Shown here: in pieces, positions 18,051-27,849 of the stretch
Layout of the letters: every line of letters starts with the position of its first letter
How positions within the stretch are numbered: the stretch's first letter is position 1
Assembly: GCA_009859145.1 (NCBI GenBank)
Contig: VRVR01000003.1
Span: 469,121 to 533,120, forward strand
Source: Andalucia godoyi And28
Lineage: Eukaryota > Protista > Jakobida
Direction of reading: 5' to 3'
DNA: 64,000 nucleotides
The notes under the pieces: model-generated
The model's input: the letters and a program-made list of their open reading frames with translations, nothing else
Databases searched by the model: none
Told to the model about the DNA's origin: nothing
Position numbers and translations under genes: made by a program

Positions 18051-19823
18051 ATGTCGTCGAACATGTCGTTCCGCAGCAGAGGCACATGGAGATCTCAAGG
18101 AATCGTGATGTCCAGTAGCAATTCTCAGTTTGGGAGTCGCAGTGTGTCGTATCATGCCCATCGATCGATGTTGCAGAATGATGAGTCCAGCTCAGCGCGT
18201 CCTTCTGATTCGTTTCAGATTTCGTTGGAACACGAGCCGCAAACAAGCTCGACTTCGGGATATGAGCCGCGAAACCATCAGAACCGCTCCATGCATTACC
18301 GCAGTTCCGAACAAACCAGCATAGACTCGGTCCCGTCTGTGCATACGTTGCACATCCACTCGCACTCAGACGATGACGAGCCTTCGCAAGCAGAGTTTCT
18401 GAGGAGAATGCGAGAACGACGAAGGCTTCAGCAACAACAGCAGCAGCATGCCTCTGCAATTGTTTCTCCTCGCAGGCCACTGTGGACCGTCGAAGTTGCC
18501 TCGCCGGAAGATGTGTCACGCAGCAGTCGTCCCTTGCCGGTAAATGCGTATGGACAGGGAACTGGTAATCGAAACAGCGGGCGACATGCGCGAGGACGAA
18601 GTTCTTCGCTCAACGGGACTTCGTCGTCGAGCAGAAATTCATGGTCCGAGTCCGGGGGATCTTCGTTACTTGTCGTAGGGGATGCGTGGCATCCCGGACC
18701 CAGCGAACTGGGAAATGGTACCACGCTGACATCCACGGATCAGCAGCAACTGTCGCGGCTGGGAAGTTCGACAGAGGGAGGGTCGAGTCTCTCGGGTGCA
18801 AGCGTGACCGCGACTGCGACTGCGACTGCGACTGCGACTGCAACTGCGACTGCGACGGGTGGTGGGAGTGGGAATACGGCAGCAGAGCCTGCTATCGAGT
18901 CGAGAGTCTCTACGGATGGAAGGCCGCCAACGGTGATCGTCCAACTGGATGATGCAAATGGGAACTCGTTCTCGTATGCCGGTGCTCTGCCTCCGTACGG
19001 AGAGACGCGGTGTGCAAAGCCAAAAGCATACTCGTCCTCGGATTACGACGATTACGATGAAGCTTCGCCAACGAACCGCGTGAATTCGGATGTTTCAGAA
19101 AATGATCCTGCTGTGCAAAGACAAGAGTGTGTAGATGTGTTTGCGTCCTTTTTCGATCCCTTCAAGGACAAAGTGCTCTCATCGCTTCCGCCGCAACAGG
19201 GAACGTGCTGGGGAGCGCGGTTTCGCATTCGGAAAATGGTCCGGTTTGGAAGACTGCAGTGGAATTGCTACAGCCATGACCAAACGTTCTGTCTTGCTGG
19301 GCGGTTGAAAGCATCCAAACCGTGGCTCCGTCTTTCGTCCAATGTTCAAAACTTGCAGAAGGGAGGAAATCCGTCCTACAAAGGCAAGGTAGTTTTTTCA
19401 GAGAATACCAAAACAGGATCTGCGTTTCGCGTCCTGGCGAGCAATCGGGTGCTTCTGTGCACGGGGCGCTGGTCGACAATCAAACGGAAAACGTTTGTCG
19501 ATTACAATTACCAGTTGCATGTCTCCTTGTCTCCCATTTTCATCAACCACGTCGAACCTGGGCCAGATGGACTGGCGCTCGTGGGGAAAAAGGCATCGAT
19601 TTCCGATCCCATGTTTGTCGCCACAACGAGCGATGTCACTCGTCGACCCGTAATTGTCGTTGGCCGCAGTGGACCACGGGAAAACACCCACAGCACCCAC
19701 TCCACCGTGGATGTTGATGTTTGCGAGTTCATGTTTCAGCATCCTTTGGATCTGACCACAGCGTTTGCTGTCGTTTGTGCCGCGTTTCACGACGCATTTT
19801 TCGCATTTCGTCAAGTTTCATAA
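18051..19823 (+). CDS. Disordered N-terminus plus divergent Tubby C-terminal domain
   Basis: FCLAGRLK, LSSNVQNLQKGGNPSYKGK and terminal FMFQHPLDLTTAFAVVCAAF resemble the Tub domain (FLLAARK, YxGKL, YPLSAFQAFAICLSSF). Confidence 0.65.
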   Translation: MSSNMSFRSRGTWRSQGIVMSSSNSQFGSRSVSYHAHRSMLQNDESSSARPSDSFQISLEHEPQTSSTSGYEPRNHQNRSMHYRSSEQTSIDSVPSVHTLHIHSHSDDDEPSQAEFLRRMRERRRLQQQQQQHASAIVSPRRPLWTVEVASPEDVSRSSRPLPVNAYGQGTGNRNSGRHARGRSSSLNGTSSSSRNSWSESGGSSLLVVGDAWHPGPSELGNGTTLTSTDQQQLSRLGSSTEGGSSLSGASVTATATATATATATATATGGGSGNTAAEPAIESRVSTDGRPPTVIVQLDDANGNSFSYAGALPPYGETRCAKPKAYSSSDYDDYDEASPTNRVNSDVSENDPAVQRQECVDVFASFFDPFKDKVLSSLPPQQGTCWGARFRIRKMVRFGRLQWNCYSHDQTFCLAGRLKASKPWLRLSSNVQNLQKGGNPSYKGKVVFSENTKTGSAFRVLASNRVLLCTGRWSTIKRKTFVDYNYQLHVSLSPIFINHVEPGPDGLALVGKKASISDPMFVATTSDVTRRPVIVVGRSGPRENTHSTHSTVDVDVCEFMFQHPLDLTTAFAVVCAAFHDAFFAFRQVS

Positions 19824-20034
19824 TGCTGTATGTATGTACGTATGTATGTGCGTATGTATGTATGTAATTTTTATGTACAGTATGTATATATAGGGTGTTT
19901 TAACATGTGAAGGTCAGCATAGAAAGAGCAGCGAAATGAAGACACGCTTCCCCCACAAACTGAAGCAGCATGGTCGCTCGAATCTCCCAGCACGGACATC
20001 GTCTTCTCTGGTGGTGGTCACAATGATGTAAACC

Positions 20035-20175
20035 TGGAATGGCGCACGAAAATATTTATCATCTTGAGAAAAAACACCAAGCGGGTGTGCTGGGGAATGG
20101 CGGGGCCTGACTAACGGCCCGCATCCGGAACACTGATTCCTTTGCGCTGGTAAGCAGCCAGCAACGATAATGCAA
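20035..20175 (+). mobile_element. Possible further Fanzor/TnpB 3'-end remnant (copy C)
   Basis: TGG AAT GGC GCA CGA AA(A)T ATT TAT reads WNGARNIY after removing one A, followed by GTGTGCTGGGG and two short hairpins. Confidence 0.45.
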
Positions 20176-20257
20176 TGCTTAGCAATGAACATGTCTGATT
20201 AGTGGTTGTGATATACTGCTGGTGCGGGAAATGCAGTTAGGGGAGAAGGAAGGGGGA

Positions 20258-20275
20258 GGGGGGGGGGGGGGGGGG
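20258..20275. repeat. G18 homopolymer within a G-rich tract
   Basis: Directly visible, between convergent gene ends. Confidence 0.9.
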
Positions 20276-20327
20276 AGTTGGATGGGGAGAAACAGTGTTG
20301 ATAAGAAACGAGTGGTCACACACTGTT

Positions 20328-22610
20328 CTAGTTGCGAACCGTTTCCACTGATAACAGACGCCTCTGCAATGAATTGATCTGCTCCTGAAGTTCCTTCATC
20401 TCATCGTACGTCCTCAGTTCCTTGTACTGGACTTCTGTTCGCAAACGTTGGTTTTCCTCGTTGAGAGCTTTGAGCTTCAGCTCGTACTCCCTCTTCTGCG
20501 CCGAAATTTGCTCATTTCGAACAAACTCCATTTCTGCCACAATGTCATCGATCGTCTTCTTCAGCGCAGCATCGTTTGCCCTTGAGGCATTGGGAGAATT
20601 CGCCACGGCAGACATCTGTGCTCGAGTCTTGCGTGCATTGATCTTCTCCATTTCCTGCAGAGAATGGACTGCGCTGCGCAGCTTCTGCACTTCTCTCATG
20701 TATCTCTTCTTCTCCTCAATGTGCTTCTCCAACTCTTTCTTCAGCTGCTGATTGACTTGGTTGAGAGCCTGCATAGATTGGGTGAAATCACTTTGTGAAG
20801 CGCGGATGTCCGTGAGCGCTTTTTGACGAGGGCCGTCAAACCAAGTCTTGATGGAAAACGTCGTCTCCAGCATCTTTGTGAGTTCCCTTGCGCGCTTGAG
20901 ATTTTCCAAGTCCTCCGTTCTTGTAACTGTCAACGGCCCGACTTTGAGAGTATCAACATGGTGAACATACATTGCAGACAGCCGATCGTTCTCTGCTTGC
21001 AGTGATCGAACTTGGTTGCGCAACGCATGAACATCCTCCAGATCCTTTCGCACTCTGTGGTACTCCGTTTGCATCCGCCCGAGCTCCTCCTCGAGCAGAG
21101 AGATGCGGTCCCGCAATTGTCGATTTTCCGCAAGGATGCTCTCGGATATCTCCACCGGCCAGGATGACGGCTGCGACGCAAACGGCTGGATTCTTGATTC
21201 GCCAAACTTTGCTGCATACGACGAAAACTCTCGCTCACGCTCCTCTCCAAGCAACAATAAATTTTGGTTCACATGAGCAACTGCCTCGTCAATTCGCAAC
21301 TGCCAATCCGCGGACAAATAGTCCTGCAGTACTCGCATGGTTTCTGCCGACAGGACATCGCTGTCAAAAAGCGCATCCCCGGGCTGACTGAGAGAGTCCA
21401 ACGTTGGATCGATCTCGCTATATTCTGCACCACTCTTTGTGTTCCCTCGTTGTGAGATTGCGGCTTTTGCAGCATAGCTACCATTGGCGCCGCCAGATCT
21501 GGGAGCAGGTGACGCTCCTGGAGTCCCAGATGGCGATTTCTTTGCCCCGCGGTTGGCACTAAGCACAGAATCTCCTGCGTCGGATCGAGCAGCCGGGGTT
21601 GCGGGTCTCGGAAGCGCGGATGACCGATCCGATGCAGCAGATGGAGAGCTTGCACTCACCGGTTTCTTCTGACTGTTGTTCTGCGGTTGTGCTGTCGATC
21701 GTTTTGAAGACTTTGGAGTCTCTTGTCCTTGTCCTTGTCCTTGCTCCATCTCTTCTCGCTGCAAGTCCTTTGTTGGCGCGCCCGACTCCGAGGAAATGGG
21801 CCCAGAACGCTTTGCCGAGTTGGTTCGGTGCGAGTACTCATCTTCTCGTACCGCAGAGATCCCATCGTATTCTTCAGCATCCGGCTGTTCCACGTGAAGA
21901 TTTGCATTCTGCAGAGCGGATCTTGTGGCCAGTTTTCGAAGCGATTCGTTCTCCTCGCGAAGCAAACTCAATTCTGCGGTGAAGCTCGACTCCAGCGCTG
22001 CGATTTCCGCAGAATGCGACTTTTCCATGTCGTCCAGCATTCGTGACATAGCAAGCGTTTCCGATGCCTTCTCATCGTGCAATCGTCTCCACCTCTCCAC
22101 ATCTTCTGTTGCGTCATTCAGTTTTCTTTCCATTGACTTTTGGACCCGCTGAAGCTCTTCGTACATGGATGTCTTCTCAGCCGACACAATGCTCAGCTGC
22201 GCAGCAAATTCCTCATTCGACGCCGACGTTGAATCCGTCTGCATGCAAACATCAAACCTCTCGACCAAGCTTGATAGATTTGAGCTGGACAAGAGGCTGT
22301 AGTTACCGGCATCCCCCGCATGTCCTGCTCCAGCCACGTTGCTCATGCTGCTGGTGGTCGTGCTTCCCGACGCTACAATAGACTCGAGCTCTCGGTTGCG
22401 ATCGGCAAGCTTCTGGAAGCGCGCAATCAGTCGCTCCTTGTCATCCTGTGCAGATTTGAGCTGAGTTCGAAGAGAGGTATTCTCCTGTTGCAAAGAATAA
22501 AGGCGCGGCTCCAATTCCGAAATGTACGCATCCTGTGCAGAAATAATCCGCTTTAGCACCTCGGCCTTTTCGCCATCCGACACCGCATTCTTGTTTTTCG
22601 AATCGCTCAT
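20328..22610 (-). CDS. Long coiled-coil protein, unknown function
   Basis: 760 aa ORF with heptad-rich E/K/L/Q/R segments flanking a Ser/Pro/Gly linker. Confidence 0.8.
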   Translation of the reverse strand: MSDSKNKNAVSDGEKAEVLKRIISAQDAYISELEPRLYSLQQENTSLRTQLKSAQDDKERLIARFQKLADRNRELESIVASGSTTTSSMSNVAGAGHAGDAGNYSLLSSSNLSSLVERFDVCMQTDSTSASNEEFAAQLSIVSAEKTSMYEELQRVQKSMERKLNDATEDVERWRRLHDEKASETLAMSRMLDDMEKSHSAEIAALESSFTAELSLLREENESLRKLATRSALQNANLHVEQPDAEEYDGISAVREDEYSHRTNSAKRSGPISSESGAPTKDLQREEMEQGQGQGQETPKSSKRSTAQPQNNSQKKPVSASSPSAASDRSSALPRPATPAARSDAGDSVLSANRGAKKSPSGTPGASPAPRSGGANGSYAAKAAISQRGNTKSGAEYSEIDPTLDSLSQPGDALFDSDVLSAETMRVLQDYLSADWQLRIDEAVAHVNQNLLLLGEEREREFSSYAAKFGESRIQPFASQPSSWPVEISESILAENRQLRDRISLLEEELGRMQTEYHRVRKDLEDVHALRNQVRSLQAENDRLSAMYVHHVDTLKVGPLTVTRTEDLENLKRARELTKMLETTFSIKTWFDGPRQKALTDIRASQSDFTQSMQALNQVNQQLKKELEKHIEEKKRYMREVQKLRSAVHSLQEMEKINARKTRAQMSAVANSPNASRANDAALKKTIDDIVAEMEFVRNEQISAQKREYELKLKALNEENQRLRTEVQYKELRTYDEMKELQEQINSLQRRLLSVETVRN

Positions 22611-23155
22611 AATTCTCTCCCCTTCCTTCTTCGATGATCAGCAAGATTTTTTAAAAAAAATATGAAAGAATAGTAAGGATTCCCGATTCCAGTACTGCTG
22701 TAAGAACAACACGGCGGCACTTGGATTCTGATACGAAGACTGGGAAAAAAAGGCACGCAAGCTCAGGAAAGTAACGTGTGTTTTAATTTTAAAAAACCAA
22801 CAAAACCAAAACCCAAAAACCCAAAACAACCAATTAATGAATGAATCGTTTGGTGATTATGACGCGCGTATACTGCTTGGTCTTGGCGAATGGTTAGCCG
22901 TTGGCTGTACAGCCGGAGAAGCCTCGCGTGGCTTTTGTCGGCGTGTGTTGGGGTCGGGGGGGATTGTCAGCCATGTCATTATGACAAAGAAGTGAAATCG
23001 AGCGAACGGACACTGCCTCCCCTCCACAGGGTGCTTGAGTCTCTGAGCCATGCACAACAGATTTCTTTGCCGTATTTCAGGGTTTTTTGCAGTGACGGTT
23101 ACGATGGTTGGCGAGTGAGGAAGCGAGGGCGTGGGATCTGCGAGGGATTTGGACG

Positions 23156-24220
23156 ATGCATCGAGTGAAGAACCGGCTGCCGAGCATCAGCGGCCAAAAG
23201 TCATTTCGGCTGGCTGTGCAAGATCCGTCTCGGGTCCGGGTGCATTCGGAGATCGCAAGCATCACGTGTCGAAGGAGGAAAGCGACGGATGCGAGTCGTG
23301 TTTGCGGCAGACTGTTTGGCATTGTATCGAATTACGTCCGGACCAAGGAGTGCGGGTCAGTGCTGCAGGAATCAGAACAGTTCCAGCGCTTGCATGAAAA
23401 GCAATCTGATAATATATTTAATATTGATAACAAGGATCATTCACACAGGACAGCAACTACGGCAGCAGCGGCGGTGGCGCCGTCTGTGAGCATGAAGAGG
23501 ATGATTGCAGAGTGGAGGCAGGATGAAACGGTGGATGCGATAATGTGTCTTCCGCGGGTCAGTGTCGTCACTTCGAAAAAAGCGGTTTCTGCAAAGGCTG
23601 TGGAAAGGAATCGCACAAAGAGACGTGTCCGAGAAGCACTCCGGTTGTTGTGGAAGCGGCAGTGTGAGAGCTTCAATCTCCCAACTCAACCGGCAGAGAC
23701 GGCGTGCTCGGCACCGGTGAACGCAACTCCTTTGAGAAGTACAGATGTGCTTGCGGAAATCGATGCAGCACCTCCTGTGCAGTTGCACAAGCAGCGTGCA
23801 TTGTTGCACAGGAAAGAAGTGCTCTTTGTTCGAAACTGCGACTACCTCGTCAGCATGTCGTCGACGATTGCAGACGTGCCAATGGAAAGGCTATCCAGTC
23901 TTCTTGAAAACTCTCTCCGCTCGATCGCTCACCAGCTTTCCAAAGAACGGAATCCTCCGTCTCAACACGCCCACAATTCCGGCATTGGTGGCAGAGGGCA
24001 AGTCCGTGGCAAGGGACACGCCGAGACTCAGGAGGGCCATCAACGCACCCGCGGCAACAGTGCACAAGAATCCCGCATCCGACCACAGGGCGTACCACGA
24101 AGTCCAAACGGGGACGGAAGTGACAGTGGACGTGGAGGTGACAGTGCTCCCCCAAAAGGCGATTCGCGGAAAGACACAGCCAGTAAGAATCCAGAGCACC
24201 CCAGTTGTCGAGGCAAATGA
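23156..24220 (+). CDS. rnpA: Bacterial-type RNase P protein (RnpA)-like with insertions
   Basis: RVSVVTSKKAVSAKAVERNRTKRRVREALR is the RNR motif. N-terminal KNRL..F and C-terminal DYLVSM..IADVPMERLSSLLENSL are also present. Confidence 0.75.
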   Translation: MHRVKNRLPSISGQKSFRLAVQDPSRVRVHSEIASITCRRRKATDASRVCGRLFGIVSNYVRTKECGSVLQESEQFQRLHEKQSDNIFNIDNKDHSHRTATTAAAAVAPSVSMKRMIAEWRQDETVDAIMCLPRVSVVTSKKAVSAKAVERNRTKRRVREALRLLWKRQCESFNLPTQPAETACSAPVNATPLRSTDVLAEIDAAPPVQLHKQRALLHRKEVLFVRNCDYLVSMSSTIADVPMERLSSLLENSLRSIAHQLSKERNPPSQHAHNSGIGGRGQVRGKGHAETQEGHQRTRGNSAQESRIRPQGVPRSPNGDGSDSGRGGDSAPPKGDSRKDTASKNPEHPSCRGK

Positions 24221-25645
24221 CAGCAGCGTCGGCATCGACGGAGAGAGCTGGCGGACCGTGGAAAGCATTGATGGAGTACTCGTGGTTCTGGTGGTGGTCC
24301 ACAGATGCGTCGTGGCCCGCACGGTCGAATTCACAATATGTGCCAGAATCATTCCGTGTGCACCGTACCGTGGAATCAAAAATGCGGCTGCGGACAGGAA
24401 CACAACGGAAAACGCCATGAGCAGTTTGTTTTGATAGGCCATTTCTTGGGGGATCGAGGCTGCTCGAGCATGAACAAACGCCTCGAGCATTCCGTTCAAA
24501 CTCATTGGCAAAATGTAAAAAAGGTACAGTGCAACAACAGAGGGTGCTGACGTGCCGTATGCCCACTTAGTGCCGTACAACATGAATATACCCGGCAAAG
24601 AAAAGAATAGCCCAATACCGGCAAACAAATACGACACATTGAGCGAAATCAAAACGCAGTCATGCAGTCTCGACAGTAACACCTTTGGATCTGCATGACG
24701 CTCGAAAGATGAGAACAGCGAGTATGACATTTCCTCTGCGGGCTGCAAAATCGTCCTTGCCACGAGCGACGCCAAGTTCGCAGCGAGGGAATACACAGCT
24801 TGTTCATCTGCCGTGGCCAGCGCAGCCAACATGATTCTTTCGCCCTCCTGCAAGAGATACTTGAGCAGCGTCTGCACCGAGAATCCGTAGACGGTCGACC
24901 AGATGCGTGGTCGGAAGATTTGCCGAAGCGAGACCGGATACAGCACTTGAATGCCGAATTCCGAGCGCAAATGCCGTGAAAAGCGTGCAAATGAGACGTA
25001 GCCCGCGAGAATCAACACGGCGCATGCAAACTGCGACCACGCATAGGCCATCACGTCCATTTTGAAAAACATCACAAGCATCCACATGCACAGCGTCTTT
25101 GCGAGAATGGCAGCCATTTCGATGATGCATCGCTCACGCACAAGCATGTTCTTTGCAAACACGTTGAAGTATGGTTCCGACGCAAGCTCAAGAACTGCGG
25201 AGCACACCATGACAAGATACGCACTGGATTTGGTCTCGTACGAAGACGGCCCCGCCGACAGTGTTGCCGCATCCGTCTCCGTGCTGCTAGAGCTGGTGTT
25301 GCTGGTGTTGTCAAGTGTCCAACGGGTGTAGCCAAGACAGAATGCAGAGAGCACGACACCGATCGGCACTACAACAAGCGATGTCTGGAAAATGGCAGCA
25401 TTGACTCTTCTTGGCGTCGCCTGCTCAGTCGACGACGGTGTGTAGGCCACACATGCCTTGCGAAATGGCTCTCGGCTCAAAAACAGGACTGTGGAAAGCA
25501 ACAGTTGCAACTGGACATTTGAAATCCCAAAAGCCTGCAGAGGAATCGTCCGCGCAATTTGCAAGTTTGCTAGAAATGGAACAATCCGAGCTACAAACTG
25601 CAACGATGCAAGAAACGAAAAGGCCTCCACGTACGACCTCGTCAT
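23891..25645 (-). CDS. RFT1: Man5GlcNAc2-PP-dolichol translocation protein RFT1
   Basis: Multi-TM protein with LFLSREPFRKAC, LELASEP, LKYLLQEGERI, NLASLVARTILQPAEE and NGMLEAFVHA. Confidence 0.9.
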   Translation of the reverse strand: MTRSYVEAFSFLASLQFVARIVPFLANLQIARTIPLQAFGISNVQLQLLLSTVLFLSREPFRKACVAYTPSSTEQATPRRVNAAIFQTSLVVVPIGVVLSAFCLGYTRWTLDNTSNTSSSSTETDAATLSAGPSSYETKSSAYLVMVCSAVLELASEPYFNVFAKNMLVRERCIIEMAAILAKTLCMWMLVMFFKMDVMAYAWSQFACAVLILAGYVSFARFSRHLRSEFGIQVLYPVSLRQIFRPRIWSTVYGFSVQTLLKYLLQEGERIMLAALATADEQAVYSLAANLASLVARTILQPAEEMSYSLFSSFERHADPKVLLSRLHDCVLISLNVSYLFAGIGLFFSLPGIFMLYGTKWAYGTSAPSVVALYLFYILPMSLNGMLEAFVHARAASIPQEMAYQNKLLMAFSVVFLSAAAFLIPRYGAHGMILAHIVNSTVRATTHLWTTTRTTSTPSMLSTVRQLSPSMPTLLSFASTTGVLWILTGCVFPRIAFWGSTVTSTSTVTSVPVWTSWYALWSDAGFLCTVAAGALMALLSLGVSLATDLPSATNAGIVGVLRRRIPFFGKLVSDRAERVFKKTG

Positions 25646-26034
25646 TCTCCACACACACCGCCGACAATATACAAAATTAGTACACTCATAATTACGGTAC
25701 TACTATCTGGTGTGTGTGTGTGTGTGTGTGCAATAATGCAATGCTGTCGTCCACCCCACAATCAGACTCTAATCGGGAGGTTTTTTTTCTTTTTTTGTTT
25801 TTTGTTTGGCCAAGACTCGCTAGCATCAAAGCCGAGTGCAGAACAGCGAGCAGTATTCCAAAATCCAAAGTGAGGCGCTGGACAACGAACACTGAACAAG
25901 AATAACAGCCACAAAGAGGAAAGAGGAAAAAGGGAAGGGAAGAGGGAAAAGAGAAGAGAGAAAAGGGAAAAGGGAAAAGGGAAAAGGCTATGCAAGAGTG
26001 TTGGTTGATGGGTTAAAGCGAGCGGGGGGAAAGG

Positions 26035-27651
26035 ATGAACGATCTGCTAGGTGTATTGTACTGCGAGTTTGATAATGACACAGGCCCAAAGCTCGTGTAT
26101 TCGCATCCGTCGAATGCATTGCCATCCGAAGTGTTTGATGCGTGTTCCGAATATGTGATTACGCGAAGTGCAGTGTCCACGCGGGTCATCTCGTGTCGTC
26201 CGACTCCTCACCTGCATCTCGTTGGAGTGCCGATCTACATTGAAGGCGCAAAGTACCGGCGAAACGCTCTCATTTTCAACGGCGTCTTTGTGTTCCGCAT
26301 TATGGATCTCGAATTCGACCCGATTCTCGCGGCACGGAACCGGTATCTTGCGTCCAAGTTTGCGTATTATCTGAAGCAGCTCGAAATGGAGTGCGCGTTC
26401 TTGTCCACACCTTTGACCAAGTCGAAGATTCCCGGAATCTTACAGACAATTTACGAAGGGCTTTCCTCAACGGGCTCGGCGGCAGTGCCTGTTGACGATG
26501 CACACGTGCTTCATTTCAAGTTTCTGCCGTTTTGTCCATCGTCGAACGAAGACGACGTTAGCCACGCGATCGAACACGGGACCACGAATGAGTCCGGGAA
26601 CGGCTCCGGGAGCGGCAACGAGATCGAGAAGAAACACGATCAGAGCTCAGTGCATGGCGTTGCAAAGACGCTTGCGCCCACACACAACCGCTCAGGCAGT
26701 GTCGAGAGCGACCAGGCAAGATCGGCTCGGCGATCGAGCAGTTCCGTGAGCACCTCGCTGCCCTTGGACAAGTCACGTGCGGAGATTGTGGCAACTGTGA
26801 CGACTGGGGCGACTGTGGCGACTGGGGCGACGGGTCTTGGCATATCCCATGTTCCGATTCTGGTGGCGGATCGCTCTCGAACGGATGCGTATTTTGAAAA
26901 ATGCGATCTCACATCAAACATTGTGTTTCGAGCAATCGATGGCGTGCGCACCGTCAAGGACATTGACAAGGTGACGGGTGTGAGTCCGGTGTTCGTTCGG
27001 CAGGTTATCAGCGGTCTCATGTCGCAGGGACTTGTTCGCGTGATTGGCGCTTTCGGGATGCATAACATGTATCGATGGGGTCCGGAACTTTCGCTGACTA
27101 CCATCCAAGAAGCGGTGACGTTGTGTTCATCGGTCCTCGAGCTACCGACGACTGTTATTCTTGCGCTGTTTTACTCGTTCCAGCCAGGAAACCGGCTCCG
27201 AGACATTTCAGGGCGCATTGACCACCTGCTGCGCAACAGTGAAGAGTGGAGCGAACGGTCTTTGTTTCGCGGACGGTCTCTGGATTGGAGGCAAATTGTC
27301 ACGGTGTGCGAGCTCTGTGGCTATGTGATTCGATACCACGAGTATCCGTTTTTGCTTGCGAACAACGTCCTTACACCACGTGTAGAACCGGCACCAATGG
27401 TGTCGCTTCCATTTGGTCCAACTCTCTCGGGCTCTTCGGACAGCTCAACCTCCAGCGTCACGGTCAGGAGTCGCTTGGCCGCAGCGGCTGCGTGCGGTCT
27501 CTCGCACGAGCTGTTATTGGACCTTGCACGCTATGTCAGTGATGGAAACGGGCGCATTTGCATGGACGACATTATTTGCAAATTCCAGTGGAGCTACGAG
27601 ACGGCAGTGGAGGCCGTTCGCTTTGCTGGGATGCGATGCTTGTGTCGATGA
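26035..27651 (+). CDS. NPRL2: GATOR1 subunit NPR2/NPRL2
   Basis: YCEFDNDTGPKLVY, SEYVIT and PIYIEGAKYRRNALIFN are NPR2 longin-domain motifs. Confidence 0.88.
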   Translation: MNDLLGVLYCEFDNDTGPKLVYSHPSNALPSEVFDACSEYVITRSAVSTRVISCRPTPHLHLVGVPIYIEGAKYRRNALIFNGVFVFRIMDLEFDPILAARNRYLASKFAYYLKQLEMECAFLSTPLTKSKIPGILQTIYEGLSSTGSAAVPVDDAHVLHFKFLPFCPSSNEDDVSHAIEHGTTNESGNGSGSGNEIEKKHDQSSVHGVAKTLAPTHNRSGSVESDQARSARRSSSSVSTSLPLDKSRAEIVATVTTGATVATGATGLGISHVPILVADRSRTDAYFEKCDLTSNIVFRAIDGVRTVKDIDKVTGVSPVFVRQVISGLMSQGLVRVIGAFGMHNMYRWGPELSLTTIQEAVTLCSSVLELPTTVILALFYSFQPGNRLRDISGRIDHLLRNSEEWSERSLFRGRSLDWRQIVTVCELCGYVIRYHEYPFLLANNVLTPRVEPAPMVSLPFGPTLSGSSDSSTSSVTVRSRLAAAAACGLSHELLLDLARYVSDGNGRICMDDIICKFQWSYETAVEAVRFAGMRCLCR

Positions 27652-27849
27652 CGGTTTTTTTGTTTTTGTTTTCCTTCGCGGTGTTCTTTTTCGATTTTGA
27701 TTTTGGCAAATACTGCTCTTCAGCAACATATTAATTTATCAATTATCAATTCTTCCGCTTGTTTTTCTTTCTTCTTTTAAAAAATATCCTCCACACTGTT
27801 TTCACAACTCAACGACTACAATACACTGCACAGCACTGCACAAGACAGC

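Noticed and set aside
22890-23168. MVSRWLYSRRSLAW... ORF as a spliced mitochondrial presequence for RnpA
   Set aside because: A TGA at 23093 blocks the rnpA frame right after the best acceptor (TTTTGCAG, 23092). No workable splice was found.
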